A DNA stretch of 64,000 nt. Source: Candidatus Poribacteria bacterium (GTDB taxonomy: Bacteria; Poribacteria; WGA-4E; WGA-3G). Both the position numbers and the translations under genes were made by a program. A model generated the notes under the pieces. That model was not told the DNA's origin. It saw only the letters and a list, made by a program, of their open reading frames with translations, and ran no database searches. The stretch lies in NCBI GenBank assembly GCA_965215265.1, contig OZ244048.1:4672001-4736000 (forward strand). The letters are read 5' to 3'. Each line of letters begins with the position of its first letter. The first letter of the stretch is position 1. Shown here in pieces: positions 29,530-40,981 of the stretch.

Positions 29530-30609
29530 CTAATCCGAATATGGATCTGCGGCATCGCGAAGTGCGTCTCCGAGGAAGTTAAAAGCGATGACGACAACTA
29601 GCACCGGGACAGCTGGGAAGATTAACCATGGATAGTGGAGTAGGACGGTGACGCGCTGTGCCTCCTCTAATAGAACGCCCCAGCTCGTCATTGGCGGACG
29701 GATGCCTAACCCTAAGAAACTGAGGGCTGTTTCGCCTAAAATCATACCAGGGATGGCGAGTGTCGCAATCACAATAATATGGCTATAACACCCCGGCAAA
29801 AGGTGCCGCGTGATAATGTGCCAATGCCCGGCTCCTGCAGCAAGTGCTGCCATGACAAAATCGCTCTCGCGGTATGCCAACACTTTGCCACGTACCTGCC
29901 GGGCTAATCCACCCCAACCGATGATTGACAAAATGATTGTAATGCCGAAATAGGTCTGAATGCTGGACCAACCAGGCGGCAACGCCGCACCTAGTGCCAT
30001 CCACAGCGGGATATTCGGAAAAGCGGAGAGAATTTCGATAATGCGTTGGATGAGATTGTCTACCCACCCACCCCAATATCCAGAGATCGTTCCAAGAATA
30101 GAACCGAGGATGATGCTTAAAAAAACCCCGACTAAGCCGAGTGTCATAGAAACGCGGCCACCGTATATCATTCTTGAGAGCAAGTCGCGGCCCATCCGGT
30201 CGGTGCCAAATAAGAACATGGGCCCAGCAGAACTAAAAAAGTGTCGCCTGCCACCTGCATCTTTGAAAAGAAATTTAACCGGATGCCGTTGTGTCGTATC
30301 TCGCGTGAATTCTAATTCGAGGGTTTCAGGGTTACGCGTAGATTTTAGTCCGTAGACATAGATGCCATCGGTTGTTGAAAAATGGAGCGGTTGCGGAGGC
30401 ACGTGCCGGAAGCGCATGTTGATCTCGTTATAGTGATACGGCGCGAAGAAGTCTGCACCTATTGCAACGATGTAAAAGAAAAGCAAAAGCCCGCTCGCAA
30501 TAAGGCCCATCCGGTTTTTCCGGAAACGCCGCCATATTAGTTGACGGTAACTTAATTGTCCTATTTCGACGGAACTAGCATCTATATCATTGACTTGTGG
30601 ATTATTCAT
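29530..30609 (-). CDS. Opp/Dpp-type ABC transporter permease (OppC/DppC-like)
   Basis: FGTDRMGRDLLSR, ETALSFLGLG, FNFLGDALRDAADP. Confidence 0.93.
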   Translation of the reverse strand: MNNPQVNDIDASSVEIGQLSYRQLIWRRFRKNRMGLIASGLLLFFYIVAIGADFFAPYHYNEINMRFRHVPPQPLHFSTTDGIYVYGLKSTRNPETLELEFTRDTTQRHPVKFLFKDAGGRRHFFSSAGPMFLFGTDRMGRDLLSRMIYGGRVSMTLGLVGVFLSIILGSILGTISGYWGGWVDNLIQRIIEILSAFPNIPLWMALGAALPPGWSSIQTYFGITIILSIIGWGGLARQVRGKVLAYRESDFVMAALAAGAGHWHIITRHLLPGCYSHIIVIATLAIPGMILGETALSFLGLGIRPPMTSWGVLLEEAQRVTVLLHYPWLIFPAVPVLVVVIAFNFLGDALRDAADPYSD

Positions 30610-30653
30610 AGAGAATCCTCACATCTACTGAGGCAAGCGAAAGAGGCACTAAA

Positions 30654-31640
30654 TTATTCATACCGAATTCTCGGATCAACCCACGCAAGTGCTATGTCTG
30701 CTAACAGGTTACCGATAACTAAAAGGAGACTGAGCATCATCAACAAAGTGCCGGCGAGATAGATATCCTCATTCAGAAGGCTCCGTAAAAGAATAGGGCC
30801 GACTGTCGGTAAACCTAGCACGATGGAGACGATAGCCGAGCCAGAGAGGATGCCGGGCAAGCTCATTCCTAAGATGCTGATGAGGGGGTTAATCGCGATA
30901 CGGACGGCGTGCTTTCCAACGACAACCACCTCTCTAAGCCCTTTTGCACGTGCTGTTTGCACGAAGGGTTGTCCGAGCACGTCTAGCAGATTGCCGCGCA
31001 TAATCCGCATCAAGCTAGCAGTCCCGTTGACACCCACAACAATCACCGGAATCCAGAGATGTTTGAGAAGATCCGTCAGTTTTCCCCATGTCCACGGCGC
31101 GCCTTCGTAGTAAGCCGAAAAAAGCCCAAATAGCGGCACGCCGAAAATATCAAACATGAAAACCATTAGCGATAAGGCGACGAGAAATGCAGGTAACGAC
31201 ATGCCGACGAAGCTCAGGAAGGTGAGAAAATGATCTGACCATTTATACTGATGCGTTGCAGAATAGATGCCGAGCGGGATGGCGACAACATAGGTGAAGA
31301 TTAGCGAGCCGGTCGAGATGAGGAGCGTGAACGCAATTCTATCCCAGATAAGTTCGTGCACCTCACGTTTGTACTCAAAAGACTCCCCAAAGTTCCCACG
31401 AACGAAGCCGCTCATCCAGATAAGATAACGTTTCCACAGAGGTTCGTTTAGTCCGTAACGTTGTCGCAATTCCTCAACTTGTGTTAATGAGCTGCTATCC
31501 CCAAATTCTTCTTCTAATCGTTGAATCTCCCGGTCAAGGTAATCGCCTTGCGGGAGTTGGATAATGATGAAAGAGATAATAGAAATCGCCAGCAGTGTCG
31601 GTATGGCAAGCAGACAGCGCCGCAGTATGTATGTGCCCAT
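30654..31640 (-). CDS. Opp/Dpp-type ABC transporter permease (OppB/DppB-like)
   Basis: GNFGESF, TARAKGL, NLLADIALAWVDPRIR. Confidence 0.93.
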   Translation of the reverse strand: MGTYILRRCLLAIPTLLAISIISFIIIQLPQGDYLDREIQRLEEEFGDSSSLTQVEELRQRYGLNEPLWKRYLIWMSGFVRGNFGESFEYKREVHELIWDRIAFTLLISTGSLIFTYVVAIPLGIYSATHQYKWSDHFLTFLSFVGMSLPAFLVALSLMVFMFDIFGVPLFGLFSAYYEGAPWTWGKLTDLLKHLWIPVIVVGVNGTASLMRIMRGNLLDVLGQPFVQTARAKGLREVVVVGKHAVRIAINPLISILGMSLPGILSGSAIVSIVLGLPTVGPILLRSLLNEDIYLAGTLLMMLSLLLVIGNLLADIALAWVDPRIRYE

Positions 31641-31712
31641 AATTAAAGTGTAAGGTTCTCGGATAGCTCACAGATGCCCAAGAAGATACGTTTGAGCTGC
31701 TTTCTTAAGAAT

Positions 31713-33656
31713 CTAGTGTTTTTCCACATCTATCCAGCACTGTTCGGGGTAGCTCGTTGCGGGTGTCACAATCGCCCAGGGTCCTAAAATACCGTCATTT
31801 GGGACATTGTGAAAATGGTTCGCGACAACAAGCAGTGACGGTGAACGTGCCGCCGATCCGAGGTGAAACGGGCCTTCGTCAATGTGAATCTGGACAGCGT
31901 CTCGGACATATTGATGTCGTCGCTTTTCATCGGGTTCGCGTTTAATCGCGTCGTATAAATCGAGCAGACGCTTGAGGGGGCCCGTGGGCGGCTCGCCTTT
32001 TTCACCGCCGGTTTCGTACCACTTGCCCACCTTCGGGTGCCAATATTTCGGTAAAGTCGGAAACACCCAATCCGGATAAGTAAATAGATCCATTTCTGCT
32101 TCACCGTGCATGCTAATTGTGAATTTGCCCAATGTCCGGCGCAGACTCAATTCTGCCCCAGGGGGTGTATAAAGCAGGGTACGTAAACCGAGTTGTTCCC
32201 AGCCTTCCTGAATGATAAGCCCGATGTCATTTTCCTGACTGTTTAGATTAGAACTAGGCACGTCCATAAGCATCTCAATTCGTTTCCCATCTGGCCGTAA
32301 CCGATATCCCTCCTTATCGCGTTCGGTTAATCCCATGTCATCAAGGAGAGCGTTCCCTTTAGCAATATTAAAATCGGCATCGGCTCTTTTCCATTCTTCA
32401 AACAAGGCTTGTCCCGCATCATCCGCGAAGTGCCAGCCTTCCTGGCTCACCGTTGCAGCTTGTGGCTGCAGTAAACCGCGCCAGGCAATTTCGTTACATT
32501 TTACTCTGTCAATACCGTAGGCGAGTGCCTTCCGAAACCGCTGGTCGCGGATGAGTTGCCGTAAAACCGGGTCGGGCGCGGTCCAATTAATCAGAATAGC
32601 CGGTTGTGCCCCTGCGGTGCTTTTCCATTGTCGTACCTGATAGTTCCCCTTTTCTTGGCCTTTGAGGTAGAGTGCCAGGTCGCGGAGTTCCATGCCGCGA
32701 TACTGACAATCTATTTCACCTGCCAAGATTTTGAGCACGCGCACCTGCGGTTCCGGCACAAGGCTGGTTTTTACCTTGTCAATATACGGGAGTTGCCGTC
32801 CCAGTTTGTCCACAACGTAGTAATACGGATTCCGTTCCAGTTCAACCCGAAATCCGCCTTTTTCGTATTTTGTGAGCCGCCATGGCCACAGTGTCGGACG
32901 TTGTGGGTTTTGGTACGGTCTGTCTTGTCGTTCAAATTCAATAAAGTCGGTATATTCGGGGTTGTAATCTGGGTGAAACCGGGTCATGTAGTGTTTGGGG
33001 ATGTTATATTGGTTGCACCACCAAAAGCCTGTTGCTAACCAGAGTGGGACCAACCAGTTCGGGCCAGCGAATTTCATCACGATGGTATAATCGTCTGGCG
33101 TTTCAACGCGCATAGGAATCCCGTTTACCTTACACCAGACCGGTTCTCCGTATTTGTGTCTTTTATCTTGGCAGAGCTGATAGTAGAACGCGAAAGATTG
33201 AGAGGTATAAGGATGCCCATCTGACCATTTCACCCCTTTGCGGAGACGGAGGGTTAGCACGCTGCCATCTCCGTTAAATTCCCAAGATTCTGCTAGGCCC
33301 GGTTCCAACCCGGATGCGTCAAATTTCCAGCGTATCAGAGGGGCGTAACCGGCGGTCATTTTGTAGGTTCCTAATTCGGGATGGGTATGGAATCGGTGCC
33401 ATGTCCCACCATAAGGGCCAGGGGCTTCATAGCCGTCAAAATTAGTTTTGGCGACCAATGGGTTTTGGGGGAGTCGCTCTTCAACCGGTGGCAGTTTTCC
33501 GGCATCCACCCATTTTGCCAAGATGGGTGCCTCTTTGGCATTTAGTCCGTTAGGGTATTCAGCTACATTTTCTATCCGGTTGTCTGAGCATCCGGCAATC
33601 AGTATGATGAGTATTAAAGATAGTATCTGTTTTACGTTTTTCATATATTCTGACAC
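31713..33656 (-). CDS. ABC transporter substrate-binding lipoprotein, family 5
   Basis: Lipobox IAGC, GKLPPVEERLP, LRKGVKWSDG, QLPYIDKV. Confidence 0.92.
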   Translation of the reverse strand: MSEYMKNVKQILSLILIILIAGCSDNRIENVAEYPNGLNAKEAPILAKWVDAGKLPPVEERLPQNPLVAKTNFDGYEAPGPYGGTWHRFHTHPELGTYKMTAGYAPLIRWKFDASGLEPGLAESWEFNGDGSVLTLRLRKGVKWSDGHPYTSQSFAFYYQLCQDKRHKYGEPVWCKVNGIPMRVETPDDYTIVMKFAGPNWLVPLWLATGFWWCNQYNIPKHYMTRFHPDYNPEYTDFIEFERQDRPYQNPQRPTLWPWRLTKYEKGGFRVELERNPYYYVVDKLGRQLPYIDKVKTSLVPEPQVRVLKILAGEIDCQYRGMELRDLALYLKGQEKGNYQVRQWKSTAGAQPAILINWTAPDPVLRQLIRDQRFRKALAYGIDRVKCNEIAWRGLLQPQAATVSQEGWHFADDAGQALFEEWKRADADFNIAKGNALLDDMGLTERDKEGYRLRPDGKRIEMLMDVPSSNLNSQENDIGLIIQEGWEQLGLRTLLYTPPGAELSLRRTLGKFTISMHGEAEMDLFTYPDWVFPTLPKYWHPKVGKWYETGGEKGEPPTGPLKRLLDLYDAIKREPDEKRRHQYVRDAVQIHIDEGPFHLGSAARSPSLLVVANHFHNVPNDGILGPWAIVTPATSYPEQCWIDVEKH

Positions 33657-33665
33657 GTGTTTGTA

Positions 33666-34664
33666 TTAAACGCCTTGTAACTCTATTGTCTCACTCAGAT
33701 GGCAAGCCACCTGAACCCCCGGTGCTACCTCTTGGAGTTGTGGCGTTTGCTGTTTGCAGAGATCGGTTGCGTAACGGCAGCGGGGGTGGAAATGGCATCC
33801 TGTCGGGGGTTGAGACGGATCTGGTACATCACCTTCAAGCCGGATCCGTTCACGTTTCCGTTGGACACTCGGATCTGGAAGGGGCACTGCAGAGATTAAC
33901 GCTTCCGTGTAAGGGTGCCTCGGCGATTGATAGAGCGTTTCAGCGTCGCTAATTTCTACAATTTTGCCGAGATACATCACCGCGACCCGGTCGCTGATAT
34001 GCTCAACAACACTTAGATCGTGTGCAATAAAGATATATGAAAGTTGAAAGGTTTCCCGCAGCTCGGCCAGCAAGTTGAGAATTTGGGCTTGAACAGAGAC
34101 ATCGAGCGCTGACACGGGCTCATCAGCGACGATAAGTTCCGGTTTCAGTGCTAATGCCCGCGCAATCCCGATACGTTGACGCTGCCCACCGCTGAATGCG
34201 TGCGGGTAACGGCGCATATCCTGTGGTTTCAGACCGACAGATTCCAGTAACTCAGCGATCTGTTCTTGAAGTAGGTGCCCTTTCGCTATGCGATTGACGC
34301 GCAACGGTTCGCCGACAATATCTGCGACAGTCATGCGTGGATTGAGTGATGCGTGCGGATCTTGGAAAATCATTTGGATGCGCCGGCGGAACGGACGCAT
34401 CTCGTTTGCTGTGAGTTGCGCGAGATCTATCTGCTCTTCACCGAAGGTGAAACTCCCTTCAGTAGGCGGAATTAATCTGAGCAAGCACCGTCCTGCTGTG
34501 GTTTTGCCACAGCCGCTTTCTCCTACGAGTCCGAGCGTCTCGCCGCGTTCAACATCAAAACTGATACCGTCCACGGCTTTAACATAGCCAACCGTACGTT
34601 GCAGGATTCCTTTTTGTATGGGGAAATATTTCCGGAGGTTTCGCACCTCAAGGAGTCTGTTCAT
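33666..34664 (-). CDS. ABC transporter ATPase (OppF/DppF-like)
   Basis: [31 protein letters not shown]. Confidence 0.95.
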   Translation of the reverse strand: MNRLLEVRNLRKYFPIQKGILQRTVGYVKAVDGISFDVERGETLGLVGESGCGKTTAGRCLLRLIPPTEGSFTFGEEQIDLAQLTANEMRPFRRRIQMIFQDPHASLNPRMTVADIVGEPLRVNRIAKGHLLQEQIAELLESVGLKPQDMRRYPHAFSGGQRQRIGIARALALKPELIVADEPVSALDVSVQAQILNLLAELRETFQLSYIFIAHDLSVVEHISDRVAVMYLGKIVEISDAETLYQSPRHPYTEALISAVPLPDPSVQRKRERIRLEGDVPDPSQPPTGCHFHPRCRYATDLCKQQTPQLQEVAPGVQVACHLSETIELQGV

Positions 34665-35724
34665 GGGTTCCTTTATCGTGCAACCAGCACCTGACGGCAT
34701 GCCTTTCATTTTGTTTAGTCTGTTTCCTTGTATTTTCAGCATGAATTTCAATGAGTGCTGGCATCTGTTCGCATTCTGGCATCCGCTCGGCGCATCTGGG
34801 TGCGAAGGAGCATCCTTTGGGAAGTGCTAACGGATGGGGTACTGTTCCGGGAATAGAAGGCAAATTTTCTTGTGCTGTTCCACCGAGCACAGGGATGGAC
34901 TTGAGTAAGCCGCGGGTATACGGATGCAACGGATGATAAAAAATATCATCAACGTTTCCCTTTTCAACCACGCGCCCGGAATACATGACGACCACCTCAT
35001 CTGCAAGCTCTGCGATAACCCCGAGATCGTGCGTGATCAGCATAATCGCCATGCCCAGCTCTGCTTGAAGTTCTTGCATGAGGGCGAGGACTTGTGCTTG
35101 AATTGTAACATCCAACGCAGTTGTGGGTTCATCTGCAATGAGTAATGCCGGGGAGCAACAGAGAGCCATGGCAATCATAACGCGTTGACGCATTCCCCCG
35201 GACAGTTGGTGGGGATACTCATCAACCCGTTGCGCTGGGGCAGGGATTCCGACACGGACGAGCATCTCGATCGCGCGTTTGCGCGCCGTCGTTTTGTTAA
35301 CGCCCTCGTGTAAAATAATCGCCTCGGCAATCTGATTTCCAACCGTATACACAGGATTGAGCGAGGTCATCGGTTCTTGAAAGATGATGGCGATCTCATT
35401 ACCACGGATTTGACGCATCAATTCGCTTCTGGGGGACACTTGGGCAATATCGATTGCGCTGTTGCTCACGTCACGGTAAAATTTAATTTCACCGGCTTCA
35501 ATACGCCCCGGCGATGGGATGAGCTGGAGTAACGAGAGCCCTGTAATACTCTTTCCACAGCCGCTTTCGCCAACAACCCCAACGGTTTGTCCACGTGCAA
35601 TTGTGAAACTGACATCATTAACGGCATTTACAGTGCCATCATCTGTCGGGAAGACCGTCTTTAAACCAGATATCTCCAGCAGCGGTGTTTCATTTTGTTT
35701 GTTGTTATGTTCTGTGGTTTTCAT
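34648..35724 (-). CDS. ABC transporter ATPase (OppD/DppD-like)
   Basis: [33 protein letters not shown]. Confidence 0.95.
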   Translation of the reverse strand: MKTTEHNNKQNETPLLEISGLKTVFPTDDGTVNAVNDVSFTIARGQTVGVVGESGCGKSITGLSLLQLIPSPGRIEAGEIKFYRDVSNSAIDIAQVSPRSELMRQIRGNEIAIIFQEPMTSLNPVYTVGNQIAEAIILHEGVNKTTARKRAIEMLVRVGIPAPAQRVDEYPHQLSGGMRQRVMIAMALCCSPALLIADEPTTALDVTIQAQVLALMQELQAELGMAIMLITHDLGVIAELADEVVVMYSGRVVEKGNVDDIFYHPLHPYTRGLLKSIPVLGGTAQENLPSIPGTVPHPLALPKGCSFAPRCAERMPECEQMPALIEIHAENTRKQTKQNERHAVRCWLHDKGTHEQTP

Positions 35725-35838
35725 CTATACCGTTTAACAGACCCAATCCTGTTCATCCAAAATTGAGGTAATTCTACACGAAAAACAGTTTTTCGTCAAT
35801 TTTTTTATTTTTTACGGATTTATGATGTATCAGATGGT

Positions 35839-36225
35839 CTCACTTACCCCCATTTTTTTTGAGAATCGTCTGTGTGTGATATTGTTAGGTTTGTGTGTGA
35901 GAAAAGTGGCAAGAATACCGAACTTGCCAACACACTGGGCGGAGCAACCTTTTCTGTTTCAACTTCTCTCATTTTACCGAAAGCGGCAAACGCAACGCGA
36001 GCGCATTGACCCCAAACGTTTGCGACACACTCACCGCTATCAGCACAAAGAGCAAGTGACGCAACGCAGGTTTTTTAGAGCAATAGACTTGAAGATGTCT
36101 TGAAAACGGGTTATCAGAGATGTGGGATTTACCCGGTTCGGGTATCTCTAACCCACGGCTTTTCTCACATGTTTCTAAACAAAAACCCTTCACCACAAAC
36201 CTTCAAAAAAATGGGGGTAAATGAG
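35839..36225. mobile_element. 387-bp MITE or internally deleted IS with ~24-bp terminal inverted repeats
   Basis: Left CTCACTTACCCCCATTTTTTTTGA; right TCAAAAAAATGGGGGTAAATGAG; only broken ORFs inside; no clear TSD. Confidence 0.75.
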
Positions 36226-36238
36226 CACGCAAATTCTA

Positions 36239-36267
36239 TTGACAATTTCGCAATTCCCTGATATGCT
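36239..36267 (+). promoter_or_regulatory. Putative sigma70 promoter of SDR gene
   Basis: TTGACA-17 bp-TATGCT with TGn. Confidence 0.6.
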
Positions 36268-36323
36268 ATCAGAAAAACACGGATTATCCGATAACTTCAA
36301 AGTGGACAACTGACTACCCTCTC

Positions 36324-37133
36324 ATGATTGAAAAAGGAAATATTGCTGTCATCACAGGTGCAGCAAGCGGGCTCGGACGAGCCATAGCTGAACGGTTCGC
36401 AGCGGAAGGCATGAAAATTGTACTTGCCGATATTGAAGAAAAAGCCTTGGCAGATACTGAGTCTGGACTGACATCCGCAGGTGCCACAGCGATCTCTGTC
36501 AGAACAGATGTCTCGGATGCCTCGGATGTGGAAACCCTTGCTAATCGGACACTGACTGCCTTCGGCGCAGTGCACATTCTGTGCAACAATGCCGGTGTCG
36601 TCTGCAGCCGTCACATTTGGGAACATAGCATTGCCGATTGGGAATGGATGTTAGGCGTTAACTTGTGGGGTGTCATTCACGGCATCCGGACATTTGTACC
36701 GCTCATGCTTGCACAAGAAACGGAATGTCATATCGTCAACACGGCATCTATTTTAGGCTTGGTAGGCGGGGCAGGGACAGGCATCTATAAGGTCAGCAAG
36801 CACGGCGTGGTGGTTCTCTCTGAAACCCTGGCCGATGAATTGAAACAGAGCGGAGCTCAAATTCAGGTGCATGTCCTTTGTCCGGGTTGGGTGCGCACAC
36901 GCCTTTTGGACGCAGATCGAAACCGGCCAGCCCACTTGCAGGAGCAGCCGAAGCCGCACGAAATAGAAAATTCGCAACGTGCCAGAACGGAGATGGCGAA
37001 CGGTATCCACCCATCTGAGGTCGCAGAACACGTCTACAACGCTATTCAGAACGGTACGTTCTATATTCTTACGCATCCTGAACTGAAAACCCAAGTTCGG
37101 GCCCGCCTGGAGCACATTTTAGCATCATCATAA
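36324..37133 (+). CDS. SDR family oxidoreductase
   Basis: TGAASGLG, CNNAGV, VNTAS, YKVSK, LCPGWV. Confidence 0.92.
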   Translation: MIEKGNIAVITGAASGLGRAIAERFAAEGMKIVLADIEEKALADTESGLTSAGATAISVRTDVSDASDVETLANRTLTAFGAVHILCNNAGVVCSRHIWEHSIADWEWMLGVNLWGVIHGIRTFVPLMLAQETECHIVNTASILGLVGGAGTGIYKVSKHGVVVLSETLADELKQSGAQIQVHVLCPGWVRTRLLDADRNRPAHLQEQPKPHEIENSQRARTEMANGIHPSEVAEHVYNAIQNGTFYILTHPELKTQVRARLEHILASS

Positions 37134-37144
37134 TATGAGGCTGC

Positions 37145-38506
37145 CTAACCAGACAGACGTTGTAGCACATTGTGCGTAATCCGTTCCACAACAGCATCGC
37201 CGCCCCCTAATCCATGCGACCAGTCGGTTGTCGCAGCAGTGAACACGGTGCCACCGCGCGTATAGAGGCCCATCGTTGCAGCACAGGTCCGTCCTTTCTC
37301 CCAACCGCCATACCACTCCGAATCGTCCGGATGCCATCGGACAGGGGCAGTCGCGAGGACGGTGAAACCTTCCGGCGTGCCGTCGCGATGCGTCGGCACA
37401 GGCAGCCCCGCCTCAAAAATTAACTCGCAGCCATCACATTCATAGCCGACAACTGTATGTTCACCACCGAAAGCATCTGCTTTCACGAGGTTTGTGCCTT
37501 CAAATACCCAATGCTCAGGCCGATGCACGGTATAGGCCCCAGAACCGTCCATGAATTGCCCATGGCTGCGGTGATACCCCCCGTAGAGGAACCCGACACC
37601 GGTCAACTGGTTCTCCGGACGATCGACGAGGTGGTGGCTCCACAAGGTACTCAGCGTGCGATAATCGCCTGTTTTGTAAACCGGATCTTGATGGTAATTC
37701 TGCTTCCAACAGACGAGCGCCCTGCCCTTATCTTCAGAACGGACTTGCCAGCAGACAGAATTCCCACTAAAGAACGCCGCGTTCCCCCCATTAGCGATAA
37801 ATGCCTCAAGATTATCGCGCATCGGGGCAGACCAGTACTCGTCGTGTCCAACGCTCAACACAAGTTGGTAACGCTCCAAGAGTTCCGGATGGAATTCCAG
37901 ATCAGAATTCACGGCATAATCAAGCGTATACCCGTTCTGCTCTGCCCACACAATAAATGGCAGCTCCCACTGTTTGAAAATGCCCACTGTCGGCCGATCG
38001 AAGGAGACGCGACTCCCTTGTAATCCGCTTTGTCCATGAAATCCGTAGAGACTAAAGCCGCCCCAATTGTTATACGCGTTGTAAGTATTGGTCGAGAGTT
38101 GAAGCAAAATAGACGTGTTAGTCCCCGGTTCCGCAGGACGTACAATAAAGAATAGGGTGCTTTCAGCGGTGCGGCGGTTCCTGTAGACGTAGCGTCCGCC
38201 GCTATCTGTCACGCGGAGCGTGCCTTCATAATACCCGCTCTGCCACGTCTCCGGTACATTGAGCGTGAAGGAAGGCACCCAGCCGCAACCGTGCGATGAG
38301 GCATTTTCCGGGATCGGATATGTCTTACCGGGGAGCTCTTTTTCACAGAATACCACCTCACGCGTTGCACCCAGACGAGCAATCTCGAGGGAGTAGTGCA
38401 GCGCACTCGTTGAGATATGGAATTCAACAGTCTCACCGGGGGCGTAACTGAGTTGGTGCGTGTACCCATCGATATAGAGCGGTCTGACCGGCCTTAAGAT
38501 TTCCAT
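37145..38506 (-). CDS. N,N-dimethylformamidase beta-subunit-like (DUF6605) protein
   Basis: TYNAYNNWGG.SLY, VSFDRP, VGHDEYWS, GYECDG, VFTAATTDW. Confidence 0.8.
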   Translation of the reverse strand: MEILRPVRPLYIDGYTHQLSYAPGETVEFHISTSALHYSLEIARLGATREVVFCEKELPGKTYPIPENASSHGCGWVPSFTLNVPETWQSGYYEGTLRVTDSGGRYVYRNRRTAESTLFFIVRPAEPGTNTSILLQLSTNTYNAYNNWGGFSLYGFHGQSGLQGSRVSFDRPTVGIFKQWELPFIVWAEQNGYTLDYAVNSDLEFHPELLERYQLVLSVGHDEYWSAPMRDNLEAFIANGGNAAFFSGNSVCWQVRSEDKGRALVCWKQNYHQDPVYKTGDYRTLSTLWSHHLVDRPENQLTGVGFLYGGYHRSHGQFMDGSGAYTVHRPEHWVFEGTNLVKADAFGGEHTVVGYECDGCELIFEAGLPVPTHRDGTPEGFTVLATAPVRWHPDDSEWYGGWEKGRTCAATMGLYTRGGTVFTAATTDWSHGLGGGDAVVERITHNVLQRLSG

Positions 38507-38840
38507 GCGTGTTTCCTTTCCAGTTACAGTGGCTCTGATAAATGCAAATTGTCATAATTTCACACCAAAGAGCCATCTCTAAGCCGGATACAAAACTTTG
38601 ATGGATAGCGTATCATTTTGTGACTAAGATGTCAAGTCTAACGAAATATCTTGCATTTTTCTCAGAAATCATGCATAATGATATGTGTCTTTTGTATCCA
38701 GATTTGATTAAATATGTATCGCTTGGCTACGCTATGGCGTTACACGGCAATGTCTTTTTTAGAAAAAATCAGAGTTGGCTGAGCAGTCTCTGTGGACAGT
38801 TCAAACCAACACAAAAGCGTTTGAGAATAGATGGAAAAAT

Positions 38841-39866
38841 ATGAAACGGGTACCTTTCCAAACTTTGCATGATGAATTTTATCGCGTACTGACCACGGTC
38901 GGGTTTACCGATGAACGCGCTGTGTTATGTGCGCGGCTATTCGCAGAGAACCAACGAGACGGGGTATACTCGCACGGCTTAAATAGATTCATTGGGTTCG
39001 TTGAGGGGCTGCGGAGCAAACAGATCGATTTTCACGCGCGGCCTGAGAAGATTGCGAGTTTTGGCGCGTTGGAACGGTGGGATGGCAAACTGGGGGTCGG
39101 CCTCGTTAACGCGCATCTCTCCATGAAACGGGCAATGGAACTTGCAGAAAGCCATGCCATAGGCTGCGTCGGACTGTCAAACACCAACCATTGGATGCGC
39201 GGCGGTGCTTATGCCCTACAAGCAGCAGAAGCCGGATACATCGGAATCTGCTGGACGAATACAACTGCGCTGATGCCGCCGTGGGGCTCAGCAGAAAAAA
39301 AGATTGGGAATAACCCGATGGCGATTGCTGTCCCGCGGTCAGATGGACATATTCTACTCGATATCGCGATGAGCCAATATTCAAACGGAAAATTAGAGGT
39401 GCTGAAACGACAAGGCAAACAGTTACCCCTACCCGGTGGATATGATGACACAGGAAACCTAACCGTCGAACCGGGCGAGATTCTTGATTCCCAAAGAGCA
39501 CTGCCGATCGGCTACTGGAAAGGATCCGGGCTTGCACTGGTACTGGATGTGATGGCCACCGTCGTCACAGGCGGGCAAGCCACGCATAACATCGTGCAGC
39601 AAGGTTCAGAATACGCTGTTTCTCAAGTTTACATTGCGATTAACGCCACAGAATTGATGGGGCAGATGGAATTGAATGAGACTGTAGATGCGATTATTGA
39701 GGATTTCCATAGGGCCATCCCCTTAGATGCAAATGAAGCTGTGAGGTATCCAGGGGAAGGAATGTTACGTACACGGCAAGAGAGCCTTGAAAAAGGTGTC
39801 TTGGTAGATGAAGGACAATGGAAGGAATTGCTTTCAGTTCCACGTCGTATCGGAGAGGAATTATGA
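38841..39866 (+). CDS. dlgD: 3-dehydro-L-gulonate 2-dehydrogenase / 2,3-diketo-L-gulonate reductase (Ldh_2 family)
   Basis: GVYSHGLNRF, NTNHWMRGG, ICWTNT, MSQYS, PIGYWKGSGL as in YiaK/DlgD. Confidence 0.88.
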   Translation: MKRVPFQTLHDEFYRVLTTVGFTDERAVLCARLFAENQRDGVYSHGLNRFIGFVEGLRSKQIDFHARPEKIASFGALERWDGKLGVGLVNAHLSMKRAMELAESHAIGCVGLSNTNHWMRGGAYALQAAEAGYIGICWTNTTALMPPWGSAEKKIGNNPMAIAVPRSDGHILLDIAMSQYSNGKLEVLKRQGKQLPLPGGYDDTGNLTVEPGEILDSQRALPIGYWKGSGLALVLDVMATVVTGGQATHNIVQQGSEYAVSQVYIAINATELMGQMELNETVDAIIEDFHRAIPLDANEAVRYPGEGMLRTRQESLEKGVLVDEGQWKELLSVPRRIGEEL

Positions 39867-40981
39867 CATTACGTGCCGGAATTGTCGGGTGCGGTGGAAT
39901 TAGCCGGAGCCATGCGGCCGCACACGCGAATTTGGAAGAGGTCCAGCTCGTTGCTCTTTGCGACATTAATCGTGAAGCACTTAAGGCTCGTGCAGATGAG
40001 CACGGTGTGGCAAAACGATATATAGACTACGAGGAGATGTTCGCTCTAGAAGATTTAGATGTGGTAAGCATCTGTACACATGCCCCACTGCATGCGCCGA
40101 TTGCAATTGCTGCCGCAAACGCCGGCATCCATGTGCTCTGCGAAAAGCCATTGTCGGTTGACTTAGAGACTGCAGACCGGATGCTGGCGGCGAGTCGCGA
40201 AGCCGGGACTCATCTGGTCGTCAGCCATCAATTCCGCTTCACCCCGCTATTTCGGCACGCAAAAACGTGGATTGATGAAGGTAGAATCGGCGAACTCCGT
40301 TCTATTCGCGAGGTAGGCAAAGGGCGCGAGGCCGGATTTGAATTGATGGAGATGGGCGTTCACTACTTCGACGAAATGGATTTCTTCTTGGATGGGATCC
40401 AGTGGATTCAGGCACATATTACCTACCAAGGCCATGATGTGACAGCAGCAGATATTATGCACAGCAGCGAACTCTGCAAAACCGACCGTCGCGACAACGG
40501 CATGGTTGCTGGAGATACAATGCTCGTGCATATCGGAGGCACCTACGGAACTTACGGGATTATGGAACTCTACTGCCGCCAACGTAGACACAATTGGATG
40601 ATGGGTCCCCATATCCTTGGTTCGGAAGGACAACTGAGCATAAAACCGCATCCCGAAACCGGAATCGATGAAATGTGGTACTGCCCGTTTGATGTGTCGT
40701 TTGCAGCACATACCCCGGCTTGGGAACAGATAGCATTGGAACCAGAGCAATTTATTATCGCCGGAAAAACCTGGCCGACGCGCCACACTATCTGGAGTGC
40801 TAAAAATATACGAGACGCAATTCTCACGGGCAATCAACCGGAACTCGGAGGACAGAACGCGCTTGTATCCCTTGAATGTGTGAGCGCTACCTACGTCTCG
40901 CACTTCAGCGGCACAAAGGTGCAGCTCCCAGTTACCGAACGGAAACATCCACTCGTCTCTTTTGGTAAAGAGAACAAGTAA
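39863..40981 (+). CDS. Gfo/Idh/MocA oxidoreductase
   Basis: GIVGCGGIS, LCEKPL; ATGA overlap with dlgD. Confidence 0.88.
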   Translation: MTLRAGIVGCGGISRSHAAAHANLEEVQLVALCDINREALKARADEHGVAKRYIDYEEMFALEDLDVVSICTHAPLHAPIAIAAANAGIHVLCEKPLSVDLETADRMLAASREAGTHLVVSHQFRFTPLFRHAKTWIDEGRIGELRSIREVGKGREAGFELMEMGVHYFDEMDFFLDGIQWIQAHITYQGHDVTAADIMHSSELCKTDRRDNGMVAGDTMLVHIGGTYGTYGIMELYCRQRRHNWMMGPHILGSEGQLSIKPHPETGIDEMWYCPFDVSFAAHTPAWEQIALEPEQFIIAGKTWPTRHTIWSAKNIRDAILTGNQPELGGQNALVSLECVSATYVSHFSGTKVQLPVTERKHPLVSFGKENK

